From assembly GCF_000315625.1 (NCBI RefSeq), contig NW_005434627.1, positions 69,175-133,174 of the forward strand: a stretch of 64,000 nucleotides of DNA, written 5' to 3'. Below the pieces are notes generated by a model. It worked only from the letters and a program-made list of their open reading frames with translations, had not been told where the DNA came from and did no database searches. A program made the position numbers and the translations under genes. Shown one piece after another: positions 11,193 through 24,983 of this stretch (position 1 is the stretch's first letter; each line of letters begins with the position of its first letter). This DNA comes from Guillardia theta CCMP2712 (Eukaryota > Protista > Cryptophyta).

Positions 11193-13103
11193 ATGGAGCG
11201 CGCAGGCGCTAGAAATGAAGATGGAGGGGCAGGGGAGAGATATGGCTCATTCAGTGATCAAGCGACAAGTCCCTATGTGTCTGAATACCTTCTGAATACC
11301 ATGGGGACGAGAAGACTCGATGAAAGCTCCCGGTGCCTGTCTTCAAGCCATGCTTAACTCAGGATCATATTTTGTAGTTGATGTTTTTGGGATGCTGAAG
11401 TTGGAATCAAGGGTTGATTATTTGGTAGAACACCAGCAGAACAGATTTTGAATGCATTGATCTAGTCCATTACTGTCGATTCATGAGATTTTCCGTCCTT
11501 CTTTGCCTCAGAAGAGGCTCTTTAGTGCGGTTCGTCACGTATTTGTACCAAGCTGAGGATAGGGTTGTCAGGAATAGCTATGCTGACACGAGTAGACATG
11601 ACGCTGATCGCAACGAAGTAACAAGCGCACATGATACCGCCATTGCCTTGGGGGCGTTCTCTCTTACACTGTTTGAGCAGATGCCAAGGAGGCCCACAAG
11701 TGACGAGGCCATGCGGGCAGCAAGGTTCTTCCTAGAGGGTTTCATCGAGAGGACCGACAGCCAGGATCACATTCTCCCCAAGAATGACACCTTCTCCCCC
11801 TTCTCTGGGTTTTGCAGAGTTTTTCCCCAGGTGAGATTCGTTGATGTCATAAGTGCTGTGCTCCCAGGCTGACCTGTCGGGCAGTTCTCGAAGAAGAAAG
11901 ACGGAGGCTCTGCCACTGACGGGGTTTCAAGGGCAGCTTTCAACAAGATTTGTCTCGAGTACTTCGAGGAAGGGATGAGAAAGCCGGCGAGGAACGGCAA
12001 CCCTGGTGCTCTCGAGGCAAACCTTGCGCAGCAGAGAAGGCACTTCCTGAGGGGGCGCTGGAGGGATCCCAGCATTGCAAGGGACTTGGCTGAGCTGAAA
12101 AAGTTGTGGTCGAGCATGACCCCAGAGCAAACGAATGCCTCCATCGCTCTTCTGGAAGACTTCTCCAGGCACTGACTCGTGATCTAGCGCTGGTCGGTGA
12201 GCTGACCTGTGTCACTGGTAGGTGGAAGCCTGGTCCAGCAGGGAGGGGAGGGGAGAGGCTCACGCGGAAACGTGGGAGTGATTCGGAGGATGAGAGTGAG
12301 GATTCGTCATCGTCGCACCCTACTCCTCCTGCTCCGAAGCTCTCGCGCACTGGGGACGTCCGGGGGGATGCCCAGCACCTGGAATTGCTGTGCAAAGTGG
12401 CCTTTGGATCGTCGGAGGTGAGCTCCGATAAGGTGAGAGGTGCTTCCTGGTGCAGGTTGTAGAGGGTGACAAGCTTTGTTCCCAGAAGCCTCCTCTTGTG
12501 CCGACGTCACTGGCAAACCCGAGCTTTCAACATGAGGCTAACAAGGATCTGTCAGAGGTACCTAAGAAGGTGGAGAAGCATTCATGGAATGCCAAGAGTC
12601 AAGACTCTCCATCCAACAGGGTGAGTCCTACCCTATCGTTCCTTGAGTCTTCTCACTTGCTCCCGAGCAGTCTCCTTGTGTTCAGCCTAAGCTGGCGTGG
12701 CCGGTGAACGCTCCCTCTGCCCCTGCTGTCAATACCTCGTCCTCCGCTCCTGCTCAAGCCAGCAAGCCTTACAAGCCGCCTGGCTCTGTCGCTTCTATTC
12801 TTGAGACTCCTCCTCTTGTACCACAGGTATTCAACGCAGTTCCTTACTCCCTTCCCTCCCACCGGCCCTCTCTCCTTTGTCCTCTCGTCACTCACATGCT
12901 TTCTGCGTCGTAAAGGCTGACTGTACCGGCAGCATGTTCGCTCGGGTTACAACTTGGTGTCTGATATGAACCCTCTCTCGCTCGGCGAATCGCACAATCA
13001 GCGTGCGGAGTCTGTTTCTGCACCCTTTGCAAGCTTGTTCCGGTAAGGAGGTGGAAGGAGGTCAGGAGGAGGAGCTCACGTTTCGTTCAGGTTGTCGGCA
13101 TGA
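11193..13103 (+). CDS. Hypothetical multi-exon protein
   Basis: Exon-like ORFs (…AMRAARFFLEGFIERTDSQDHILPKNDTFSPFSGFCRVFPQ; …NLAQQRRHFLRGRWRDPSIARDLAELKKLWSSMTPEQ) separated by short GT-AG introns; last exon ends LSA* at 13103. No domain recognised. Confidence 0.6.
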
Positions 13104-13203
13104 CGTGGGATCGGACCTGCTGGTGCTTCTTGTTTATAAACGTGTCATCAGAGGGGAGCCGCTGACGACAGTTGAACATGTTCATTCTCTCAAACCTCTC
13201 AAC

Positions 13204-16200
13204 TTAAATTAAAGAGTTTCTGTGACCTCTTGTAGTTTCTGCCTTGTCGTCTTGTTCTAGCTGGCAGATCCTATCTCTCAGCTCCTGCACTTGCTTGCGG
13301 ACATCTGGCGTGCTAGTTAGTGTGGGAGCAGTTTGATCATGGAGGAGATGGGGGAAGCGCGGAGCACGAGACAAGGAGAGAGATGTTGGTAAGATGAGAT
13401 ACCCTGCAGTTGGATGTTGCACGTTCCGTTCTTGACTGATGAGATGAGCATGAAAAGCTCTTGTTTCACCTGCTGCCACATCACTATGTGGTCCCTACCA
13501 TCTCCGCCGCTAACCTTTGCAAGCTCGTCGGTCGACTTCCTCAACAACTGAGAGCTCAGGGCCCTGGGTGGGTGTCAGCGCATCAGAGCAGCTGGAGGCG
13601 AACTCCTTACTCTGCGTCTCGAGCTACAACTGCTCTTCGAGCCGTCTCTGTTCATCACATCAGGGATGGTGGGGCAGGAAGGAAGGAGGAAGGAGAAGGG
13701 CGGAGGGAGCTGGGAGCTGGGAGCAGGGAGCTGGGAGCAGGGGGCAGGGGGCAGGGAGTGAGAGGGGGCAAGGAGCAAGACCAGCGTCTTGCTGTGGCTG
13801 GTCGAGCGGGTCGGCAGGAGGCAGCCACACGTGCTTAGTCCTTCTCGTCTCCCCAGGGAAGCTACAACATCCTCGTCACCTCACGCTACTCTCTCACACC
13901 TCACGCACCCTGCGGGGGGGTAGGGCTGGAACATCTTGGCTCTGGGAGTGTGCGGCACTCGCTCTGTTCTGCTCGACAAGAACGGAGGAGGATGGGGAGT
14001 TTGAGGCTCCTGCTGCTTGTACCGCGAGGATGGAACGGACGGAGGTCTGCAGGTCGCTCAATCTACGTCTCCTCCCCTCAAGCTCGCCTTCCTGCCCCTG
14101 CCCCTGCCCCTGCCCCTGCTCGTGCGCCTGCTCGCTCCCTTTTTCCTGCCTTCCCATCTGCCTTGCTCTTTCCCTTGCTTCCCTCTGACGCTCTTCCCTG
14201 CTCCCTCACCTCGTCGGTCTGGCGGAGGAAGGGATCTCGCGGGGAGTGATGGGCAGGGAGATCGGACGGCGACGATGGTCCTGCACCTGGTGAGAGATGG
14301 GCGCTAACAGCGACTTTCCTACCTTGGAGGAGTACCACAGGTTGGGGTTGTTGCTGATGCGGAGAGCGCGTGAGAAGGAGGAGGAGAGGGAGAGGAGAGG
14401 GAGAGAAGAGGGAGAGGAGAGGAAGAGAAGACGAGAGAAGACGAGAAGAGAATGGGAAAGGAAAGGAATGACAACATTGGTATGAGGACAGGAACAGTCA
14501 CCTGATAAGACGAACTGATGGTCCAGCGGCTAGACCGAGAGCAGCTGAATCGTAAGATCAATCTCCTCACCCTTCCCTGCCTCCCTGCCTCCCTCTGCCT
14601 CCCTGCCTCCCTGCCTCACCTGCACGTCGTTGTACCAACTTGTTCACTTTGCTTGCTGAAGTCTGCGATGATTCTCCCTCCAGCACCTTGGATGATTCAA
14701 CTTCCTGCCTTCTCCCCTCCAACCCTCCCCCCACCCCTTCCCCTCCTCGCCCCCCACCTTCCCCTCTAACCCTCCCCTCCCCTCCCTTCCCCTCCCCTCC
14801 CCTCCCTTCCCCTCCAACCCTCCCCTCCCTTCCCCTCCAACCCTCTCCTCCCCTCTCCTCCCCTCCCTTCCTCTCCCTTCCTCACACCTGGGGCTCGCTG
14901 TACGGAGTTCGATACGTCTGTTTGCGCGTCGGGGCAAAAGTAGCAGAAGAAGACTGGGAGGGAGAGACGTCAGGAAGGAGAGAGACGGTGAGACAGCACC
15001 GTGGCGTTTCTAGCAGAGGGACGAGAAGCAGGAGGAGCAGGAGGAGCAGGAGGAGACACGGCTCGGGGGGAGGAGGAGGAGGAGCTTCGTGAAGATCTGG
15101 GGCGGGTACAGGATGCCTGGCTGGTGCCGGAGCAGGGGCAGGGCGTGAGAAGGGAGGGGGGGGGGAAGGAGGAGGAGGAGGAGAGGCCGATGAAGTGAGA
15201 CTACTGCTGTCCTTGTCGGGACTCGGCTGCTCCTCAGAGGGGATGGGGGGAGGAGGAGGCTGGAAGGTCTTGTCTGAGGTATGATCCCCTCCCTCCTGCT
15301 CCTCCTGCTTTTGCAGGAAGTCCCTAATTCCTGTGAGGAAAGGGTCAGGGCAGCAGGGAGGCACGAGGGGGGAAGGGTTAGAGAGGAGGGAAAGGAGAAA
15401 CATTGAATGATGGAGGAGGAGGAAGTTGTTGGAAACAGGGAGGGAAGATAGAACGAGAAGGGGCAGGACCAGGAGCAGCTCCTACCCTGCTTCAGTTTCT
15501 CATTGGCCCCTCTCTCCCTCATCAGCAGAATCTTCAGCTCGTGCGTCTCCTGCTCCGTCGCTCCTCTCTTGCTCGCCAGCTTCAAGGCTGACCGCAACCT
15601 GCCGATCTCCACCTGAACACATTCAAGTCAGCCAGAGAGATTGCATGAAGGCGGAGGAGGAGGAGGAGGGACGGAGGGAGAGAGGGAAGGGCGAAGGACA
15701 GAGTAGTGAAGGAGAAGAGGGAAGGCGAGAAGGGGGGGGAGAGATAATGGAAGGAGGAGGAGGAAGGGAAAGGAAGGAGGGAGGAGGGAGGAGGGAGACC
15801 TTTTGTTTCTCTGCCAGCATCTGCATCGCTCTCAGCTCCTCCTCCATGTTGTCTGCCTTGTCGCCGCTTCTCCTCACCCTCGTCGGCTCGTTCTGCATGC
15901 GGAGGAGGAGATTTCGAAGTCTCCGGATCTCCTTCACGTACTGAAACTCCCTGCCGCCACCATCATGCTCCTTGCTCCTCCCCCCAGACTCTCTTCCTCT
16001 CAATGCCTCTCCCGATGATATCGCTCGAATCGTCTCCAACTCATCCTCACCCTCCTCTACCCTTCCCTTGTCCTCGTCCTACTGTTACGCCTACTCATCC
16101 TGTTCCTCTCCAAGAGTCCTGCTCCTGCTCCTGCTGCTCATGGTCCTGGTCCTGGTCCTCCTACTCCTGTTGCTCTTGCTCCTGCTGCTCCTGCTCCTGC

Positions 16201-17003
16201 TCCTGCTCCTGCTGCTCCTGCCTCTGCCTCCTCGTCCTCGTCCTCACCTGTCTCTTGCATCTTGTTCGGTGGCGTCCTCGATATTCTGTTGCACGCGGAC
16301 CTGAAGATGATCACGTCAGAAGACAAGAGGGGACTCGAACTAATCATAGTGAAAGAGGAGGACGAGGACGAGATGGTGGTGGTGAAGGTGGTGGTGGTGA
16401 AGGAGGAGGAGGAAAAGAAAAGGAAGGAGGGAGAGGAGAACGAAGTGGAGGAAAAGAGAAAGAAAAACAGGAGGAGGTAGAAGTGGTGGTGGTGGTGGTG
16501 GTTGTAGAGGAGGAGGAGGAGGAGAAGGAGGAGGAGGAGAAGGAGGAGGAGAAGGAGGAGAAGGAGGACGAGGAAGAGAAGGAGGACGAGGAAGAGGAAG
16601 AGGAAGAGGAGGATGCTATGACATTTAGTGCGACCTTTCTTGCTCGAAGGGCGAAGTTGAGCGTCGAGATATTCTCGTCTGTGAGGCATCAGAGGAGGAG
16701 AGGAGGAGGAGAAATCAGGAAAAGCGGGGACGAGGAATTGAAGAGAAGAGAATGAACAAGGTAGGAAGGAATGACGGAGGGATAGAGAAAGGAAAAGGAA
16801 AGAGGAGGAAAGGAGAAGGGTTGAAGGAGGGAGGATAAGAGGAAAGAGTTGGTCACAACCGACAGAGGAAGGAGAAGGCGCGAGGACAGCGATGATTGTC
16901 GTGAGGCAGTTCGCGCCGATTGAGTCCTAGGCAAAATGAGGGAGGAGGAGGAGGAGGAAGCGTGCTGGACAGCCAGGGGGGAAGAGGTGATGGTGTAGGG
17001 GGG

Positions 17004-17047
<44 letters not shown>

Positions 17048-18089
17048 CGTACGACCAGGAGGAGCGGGAGCAGGGAAGGGTTGGAATGGGTAAGCAGGAA
17101 GGGGCAAGGCAGCAAGGGAACGAGGAGGGACAAAGGGTTCAAAGTCTCCCTGCCTGCAGCAATCTCGTCAACTTGCTCTCCCTGAAAGGAAGTCCAACGT
17201 GCTTCCCCTCCGAGAGAAGTTTGACAACGCGACCCTGCGGAAGGTGATGAGAGAGGGGCAGAGGCAGGAGCAGGGGCAGAGGCAGGGGCAGCAGCAGAGG
17301 CAGGAGCAGGAGCAGGAGCAGAGGCAGGGGCAGGAGCAGAGGCAGCGGCAGCAGCAGAGGCAGGGGCAGGGGCAGGGGCAGCAGGGGCAGGGGCAGGGAG
17401 GTACCAGAGTCGTCAAAGATCGGTTGATGTTGCTCATCTCCTCTCTATGTGTCTTGGTCACTGCCTCCTTCCTGTCTGCGCTCTGACTCCATCGCTCCGA
17501 TCCTGCCAGGTCGACGAGGGAGATCTTGCTTGTGCGGGAGGAAAGGGAGGACGACGTCTGTTCTAAGTCTCCTCCTCCTCTTGATGTGACGGTGAGCATC
17601 AACTAGCGCAGGGGTGAGCGGGAGGGGAGGGAGCAACTCGCAGGTACTTGGAGGATGGTGTGACTGCGCGACGATTGCTCGTTGTGGCTTGTTTCACAAA
17701 CCTGAACGACGATGCTTCAACGCGCAAAAGAGCAGGAGCATGGCAGGCAGGCAGGCAGGCAGGCAGGCGGAGGAGGAGCAGGAGTAGGAGTAGGAGTAGG
17801 AGACGGGCATCAATCCCTCACCTTCCTCTGCTTGACTCCCTGCTGTAGGATGTCTGCCAGCGATCCGTCAGCACAAGTTCACCTTCCTTGTCGCCTCCTC
17901 TCACCGAACACATCCGACAGACTGCTGATAGACTTCTTCACGTTGCCCACAACTTGAATCTCCCCCACTCCGCGATCTCCCGATCTCAGCTCCAGGGCCT
18001 TCTGCTGTTGCTGCTTTCCTCCTGTCTCCGCGAGGAGATCGAGCACCCTCTCGTTGTAAACCTTGATGGCATGATCACTAACAACACCG

Positions 18090-18151
<62 letters not shown>

Positions 18152-20178
18152 ATCATCATCATCATCACCACCACCACCACCACCACCACCACCACCACCA
18201 TCGTCGTTACACACGCCGAGTTTCAATCTATCGACCTGTAAGAAACTCGCTTCGATCTTGACGTCCTGCAATCATTGTCAACATTCAATCATTCCGAACG
18301 CAAGACAGTCATTCGCTTCAAGAGCAATGCCGTCCATCCAGTACCCTTTCACATTACTACAAACAACAGCTCCACATAACATAGTTACATCTTCATCTTT
18401 CTCGAATCCACCAACAAGACACCCCAACAAATAACATTACCATGTCGTCTCTTCTCGTCGACGCCAAGAGCTCTGTCAGGAACCGAGGAATAACTCCTCG
18501 CAGCGGTAAATTCTTCTCCGCAAAATCCTCTTCAACAGTCTTCTGGTGAATAGCTCTTGACGAGTAAGAGTAGCTGGGAGGACCCATCATGGTGTAAGTT
18601 TTTCCAGCGTTGGTCTAATCAACATAGTCAAAGTGTGCAGGGAAAACGGAGCGCAACTGAGGTGAGCGATGGGAAAGTTGCGATGAGGGTTGGGAACGGA
18701 AGACAGGAGGTAGAAGATCAGGTGGAGAATGTCCAAGTAGAGGAGAGGGAAGAATGTGGAAAGGGGAGGAGAGAGGAGGAGAGAGGAGGAGAGAGGAGAA
18801 AGAGGAACGAGAAGACAGAAAACCAATGACAGGAGAGGAGCAGGGAAGAGAAACAGAGGAAGGTGAGAGAGGTCGGAGAGCAGGATTTGCCCAGCAAGCA
18901 TCACCGCCCGTCCATCTAACCTGTCCGTACGCGAAGATGGAGACATTGGTTCCACTGATCGCAGCCTCCACACACTCTCGCACCTGCTGATACACGTCCT
19001 CCTGCTCCACCTCCATCACCCGCACAAGACCTCTCAGAGCAGCTGCTTGCCTGCTTGCTCTCCGGCCCCAGGACTGCGTCGAACTTGCCGAAGACAATCG
19101 ACCTGTCTCGCTGCACCTTCAACGTTGAGGGCAACGCTCCTCGGTCGGGCTGGGGCACAGCGACCGAACTCTGCGACGGGTCCTCATGCTGTCTCCTCCA
19201 TCAGCCATCACGTCGTCCTCGAACTACTGACTCACCTCCAAGAACGGCCGAACACGCACAACTACCTTGATGTGATCTGCTGCCTTGCCTGAGCTCTCCT
19301 GCTTTCACGGATCAACATCCCTGCCGCCCTCCTGTCTCCTCTCCCCCTCCTCCCCCCACCATCCCCTTGCACCCTCTCCTCCCATTCTTCTGCCTTCTCC
19401 TCTCTCCCTTCGCCCTTCATCTCTCAGCATAATCTCCCTCGCACGCACCTCCCCTTCTCCTTACCCGACCCTCCCCACCGTTCCCCCTCCCGCCTCCCCC
19501 CTCCCCCTCCTTGCTTACACTCTTTTTGTGTCGTTGCTGCACTAAGATGACCTTCCTCTTGCACTGTAGAGCAGCCAGTCAGAGGACGAGCAAGGTTAGG
19601 ATGAGGTAAGTACCATGGCCGGGCACCAACGGCTCAGGTGCAAGGACGGGGGGAACGATTCTACGCTCGTCATCTTTCATCGACCTGATCCGCCCGTCTG
19701 CAACATGTAGCCTGATCACCACCCCTCCAGCATCGCCGCGCCATCATGACATGCTGTGTTTCCTGTAGTGCATGTCAGCTCCTGCTCCAACACCCATTCC
19801 ATAAATTCCGTCCACGCTGCTCATCATGTCTACTCCCTTCCCCGCCTCAATCCTTGTCTCCTATAATATCTTCCACCCTCTCTTCAAATTTCTTCAACTC
19901 CTGATGATCGTGCATACTTCAAGTTCCTGTCTTTGCATCGCCTCATCTTCATTGTCCACCTTGATGACAAATTCGCACTGTCGCCCTCGTTCTCCACCAG
20001 TCTCCTTGCCCCTTGTGTTCATCTTCCCCTCTGTTCTACTTTCATACACGCTCCTCCTCCTCGTTCTCTTCCTCCTCCTCTCATGATCGGCACCACCATC
20101 ACCTTCGCGTCCTGCTCCCCTCTCCCTCCCCCCACACCATCCCCTCCATAGATACTCCAACCGCCGCATGGGACTCAT
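13204..20178 (-). CDS. Kinesin motor protein with C-terminal coiled coils, many introns
   Basis: IKVVVRVRP, FDAVLGPE, P-loop IFAYGQ|TNAGKTYTM, YNERVLDLL, switch I NEQSSRSH, switch II LVDLAGSER, INRSLTTL, PFRESKLTRLLQ, ISTLNFA. 5' end uncertain. Confidence 0.92.
18088..18200 (+). repeat. Compound intronic microsatellite (GTCATC)n(CAT)n(CAC)n
   Basis: Read directly; lies in a kinesin intron. Confidence 0.9.
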
Positions 20179-21014
20179 ACCGGTACTCCGGGGCGGGCTT
20201 GGGGCGGACTCCTTGTAACCTTTGTCTGAGGCAGGCTCACATAGAAACTTTACTGTACATTATACATTGTTTTTATTGATGACTGATCACGTACTCTAAA
20301 TATACACTGACTTAAAAGTACCCCACCCATATCCGAATATAGTATCTTTGGTCACCCCGTACATAAATACCCTACCCCTTGAGACTTTGTAAAAACATCC
20401 TCTTGAAAAGGAAATCTTCCTCAAGACTACCCTCCAATATCCCCTTAAACATACCCCCCCAGGAAGAAAAAAACTAACGGGACCTCTTCGTTGGCGAAGA
20501 GCATACTTCGAAAAATATTCTTTTCGTATTCGAAAGGCCTCTTTTTCATGGCTGCTAAGATAAGGTCCGTTAATTCGTCCGATCTCAGGATTGATCCCTC
20601 CTGACTACCAAATCTTTCGACTACCCACCCCTTGTTGTGTTGCCTTTTTGGTACCCTACCCGTTCATTTCCCAAGGTTTTTCCGCAAGTGTCATAACATA
20701 CCTGTCTTTCACCTATGAAAATAATGGGTACTCAATACACCACCGATTCAATTATACTACCCCGTGATATCCACCACCCCCACAAAATTCTACAATCTAC
20801 TTTTTTACCCTCTTGCCGTCAAGGCAGCAGGGAGGGCAAGAGGAGCGGAGGAGAAAAAACGAGCAAGAGAGCGAGGGGAGGAGAACATCGAGATCACAAC
20901 TACAAGAGCAGCAGCTTCCTCCTTCCTACTCTTATCCCTTTGATCCTTCCCGTTGGTGCCTCTGACTCAGATCCCCTTCCAACTTCGCCGGTGCAGTACT
21001 CTTTGTTGCTGGGG

Positions 21015-22728
21015 ATGGTCAACTCAGCGAACCAGGTAGACCAAGAGCAGATGAATGATGCTCGACAACATCCGGACGACCCGAATTTTATGCCGATGTA
21101 CAACAACTCCAAGCACAGGTTCTCCAGCAGCGAGATCGCCGACCTCTGGCAGGAGTTCAGGGAGTTCGACGAACACAAGAGCTTCGGGTTGTGCTTCGAG
21201 CAGCTACAGAACCTCATGGTGGCGCGAGCAAGAACGGTCTTCCCCCATTCGCCATCAGTCTCCTCGGCCACCCTGAGCGAGGACTCCGAGGAGAGGTGTG
21301 CAGTCGGGGAGGTCAACCCCTACCTTCAGAGTCCTGTGGACATGGGTAAGCATGCAGCGGAGCGGATGTGGGATAGGATGATAGAGATCAACCCGGGGAA
21401 GAAGAAGATGTCATTCGCCGAGTTCCTCGAGTGGAACGAGCGGTACTCGGACACGAACCTGCTCTCGACGAGCCCGGCGTCGACCATCTCGTCGGCCAGC
21501 CCGGTTAGGCTGATCCAGAAGGACGAGCAGGCAAACGAAGAGGACTTGAGGTCGGGGTCCTGCGCTGCTCCGTCGCTCCTCTAACGCGCTTGCTGCAGGC
21601 AGCTGTTTGAAAACAGCAGGCGCAAGTCGTTCCCGGGCTTCGCAGGTATCATGAGGAAGAAAAGGCAGGGGAAAAGATCGGCCAACATTGAAGGTGCTGT
21701 TTCCTCCTGCCCTACGTCCCCTCTCCTTACGCTCGCATGCAGACTTGAAGACCCTCCCCAGGGTCAACCCACCGCCTTCTCCCACGAGGCTCCTAGCTCG
21801 GGGAAGGAGCGGGAGGAACTCGGCGACGAGCAGCATGTGGGGAGGGGACGCAGTCTCGTCCTCCGTCACCACAGAGCAAGCTGAGGTGCGTTGTGCTCCT
21901 GATGTGCTCCTGGCTGTGTCGTGTGACTGGGAAGTGTAGCCGGCAGGCCTAAAGCATTCAATCTCAGAGCCTACTGAACGGGTAGGAGGAGGAGGAAGAA
22001 GACGAGAGCGTTGTGGTTGAAAGATCAAACTGACAAGTTCAACAGGAACGTTTCCGTGCATTGACAGTGGATGTCGGAAAAAATGGAGCACAAGTGGAGA
22101 GGTGAGAACCTTGATTGTCGATGAATCTGCTGAATTGTGGTATCTGTCTTGCAACTTTGGCATCTATCAGTGACTTGATCATGTATCAGTTATCATGTAT
22201 CAGTTATCATGTATCAGTTATCATGTATCAGTTATCATGTATCAGTTATCATCTATTATCTTGTCTTTCATATCTCTCATTCATATTCCATTGTCATCTA
22301 CTTCTACACTTGACGTGATTGTTCTGTACCCTGATGTCTTGTATGACAACTACCTCATGCTTTCTGCCTTGTCATCCTGTTGCCTCATGTTTGCAATGAT
22401 CATGATCGACTCTTCTGGTTCACAGGGACAATGTCACCATTGATAGGCCGTACACAAGAAGTCTTGACTCGATCCCGAAAGAACTTACTAGGGAAGGTGA
22501 AGTTCAAGGATGTAACAGGAGCAAGCATGTGCTGACAAGGAAGCTGTTCAGATTCTTGTGGAAGGCGCAGTACGAGCATACCATCCTCTCCTGTCAGTGC
22601 TTGTGTGTTTTCTTTCCGCCCCCTGGCGCTCACTCCTTGTTGCAGACGCGGGCCCTGAACTCTCTGTGGAGATTTTTCTCTCGAAGTGTGAAGAAGTGGA
22701 ATGGGGCCGAAGACCTGAGTTGACGTGA
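21015..22728 (+). CDS. EF-hand-like protein, multi-exon
   Basis: EIADLWQEFREFDEHKSFGLCFEQLQNLM and NPGKKKMSFAEFLEW are degenerate EF-hands. Downstream exons splice in frame to …KCEEVEWGRRPELT*. Confidence 0.6.
22178..22252 (+). repeat. 14-bp tandem repeat (ATCATGTATCAGTT)x5, intronic
   Basis: Five perfect copies read directly. Confidence 0.95.
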
Positions 22729-23106
22729 TGTTGGTCAATGAACAATTGTATAATGACTTCATGTGCGGTGTGCCAACTTCACATCTGATAAATCACCTTT
22801 ACGTGTGATATTTTACCTTCACATCTGATCTATTATCTTCGAAGCTGATATCACAATCTGACATCTCTCTATCTGCACTTCTGATGTCGCAAACTGCAGT
22901 CAACCGTCTTTTCTAGGCACGATTACGTCCTGTTCCCATTTACAAGTGCAAACGAGCCCCAACTCTACATGTATCAACTAACATCGCCATTCAAACAACT
23001 CTCCACGAACGAGTAAACTCTTCAACAATATTTCAAGAAACCAACAGCTGTCAACGGGCCAATCTTCAATCACAGCACCAACAACCCTGCGACAACAATA
23101 ACATCA

Positions 23107-23568
23107 TCAATCGTCGTCGTCTCCATCTTTGGTCCTCGACTTGATACTGTGCAGCAAGTTCGCATCGATGGAGTCTGTCTTGTACATGCCAATATTCACC
23201 TCGGTCGAGATCTCCTCTAGCGTTATCAGCGCCTGCGGTGCGCTGGTAGGAGGGTAGTAAGTCGCCACTAGGACACAGTTTCTTGCCCGAACGCAGATCA
23301 CTCCCGAAGGTCCTGACTTGGCATGCAGGGTCTTGGGGTTGGCGGATATCCCGACGTACTTCCTGCCGTTGACTGGCAGCCCGTGTTCGAACATGCTGGC
23401 GGGGTCCAGGAAGGAGCGGTTGAGGAGGAGGAACTCCTTCTTCCTCACCCTGAAGCCATGTGTGCTACCATACGTCAGCCCGTCCATAGACAGGATGGCG
23501 GCTTCGCCGAACCTCTTGGTCCCGACGATGTCCGACAGCAGCTCTACCCATGACCCCTTGGACGTCAT
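23107..23568 (-). CDS. Profilin family protein with acidic C-terminal extension
   Basis: SWVELLSD…EAAILSMDG…GLPVNGRKY…LHAKSGPSGVICVRARNCVLVATY follows the profilin pattern; intronless. Confidence 0.85.
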   Translation of the reverse strand: MTSKGSWVELLSDIVGTKRFGEAAILSMDGLTYGSTHGFRVRKKEFLLLNRSFLDPASMFEHGLPVNGRKYVGISANPKTLHAKSGPSGVICVRARNCVLVATYYPPTSAPQALITLEEISTEVNIGMYKTDSIDANLLHSIKSRTKDGDDDD

Positions 23569-24099
23569 GATCCCCCTTACCCGCGTGCTGGCCCTTCCCT
23601 CCTCTCCTCCCTCCTCTCCTCCCTCCCCTCCTCACTCCTCCTCGTGCTTCCCCTCCTCACTCCACCCCTCAATCACCACTCCTCTACCTAACACCCTCGC
23701 TCGCACTCTTCTTCCTCCTCTCCCTCTCCCATCCTCTTCTTTCCCCTTCTCTCCTCCCTCCTCTCTCTCCCCCCTTCTCTCCCCTGCTCTCCTCTCCTCT
23801 CCCCTTCTCTCTTCTCTCGCTGCTCCTCTCTCGCTGCTCCCTCGCACACACGAAGGCTACCGGCAGGAGGGGTTTCGAAATTATCTAGTAGGTACGCGCG
23901 AATGCAAGAGGGGAAGCGAGGACAGTAGGGAGGAGAAGGGGGGGGGGAGGGAAAGGCGAAGGCTAGTACAGGGGTAAGGAGGAAGAAGGAGTTTCTTTAG
24001 ACAATGAGCAGCTACGAATGTGTGAGGAGGAGAGGAGGAGTGGAGGAGTGGAGGAGTGGAGGAGTGGAGAGGAGTGGGGAGGAGAAGAGAAGAGAGGAT

Positions 24100-24273
24100 G
24101 AGATGGAAGCGAAAGGACGGCTGCTTCTCGATTTCATCCTCTCTTGACCCTCCTCGGCTCCTCGGTCGACCTGGCGAAGACGCTGCCGCTGTTGGCAGGC
24201 GACTCGAAGTATTCTCTATCATGCGCTCCTGACCTGCAAGGAAAGATGTGAGGACGAGGACGAGGAAGAGGAA

Positions 24274-24312
<39 letters not shown>

Positions 24313-24892
24313 TGGCGCAGAAGCAAGAGGGTAGAAGGACATGAAGAGGAGCAAAGGTGAAGCAGAGCAGGCAGCAGTGGAGGTGGAGCAGTGGAAGACG
24401 AACAGAAGAAGTGGAGCGGGGAAAGAGAGGCAGGGGGGAGGGGGGGGGAGGAAGAGCAGTGGAAGAGGGGGGCAAGGGGAAGAGGGGACCGAGGAGGAGA
24501 GAGATGAGGGGAGGTGGTGGAGGGGAGGAGAGGACGTTGCAGAGAAGAGGACTGGAGTTCGTTGCTGCCCTGCCGGCTTGTCCTGAGCGTGTAGGGTGAG
24601 TACGAGATGACACAGTCAAGGTTCACCTCGACGCTGCTCCCGTTGTGCCTCTTGTCTTCTGCTGCTGGGCGCCTCATGGGGACTCTGCTCGGGGGAGGGG
24701 GGGAGAAGGAGACTTCCTGAGCGCTGGGCTGGTTCCTGTAGACTTCAGCTTGCTTCGACCGCATCACCTTCCATGTGCTTTTCCTGCGATCCAACGATTC
24801 AGGCGCTCTAGGATCCAGCAGGGGATGGTGGAGGAGATGGAGGACTTGGTTCAGAAGAGGGCAAGGGAAGGAGAGCTGCAGCAGGCACAGGT

Positions 24893-24940
<48 letters not shown>

Positions 24941-24943
24941 TCG

Positions 24944-24983
<40 letters not shown>

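Noticed and set aside
18590-18930. Kinesin P-loop GQTNAGKT as a sign of an inactive motor
   Set aside because: GxxxxGKT, switch I and switch II are intact; variation at this position occurs in active kinesins.
20715-21014. N-terminal extension of ORF 20715-21584
   Set aside because: Overlaps the TACCC promoter tract and purine-rich leader; the ATG at 21015 is the more plausible start.
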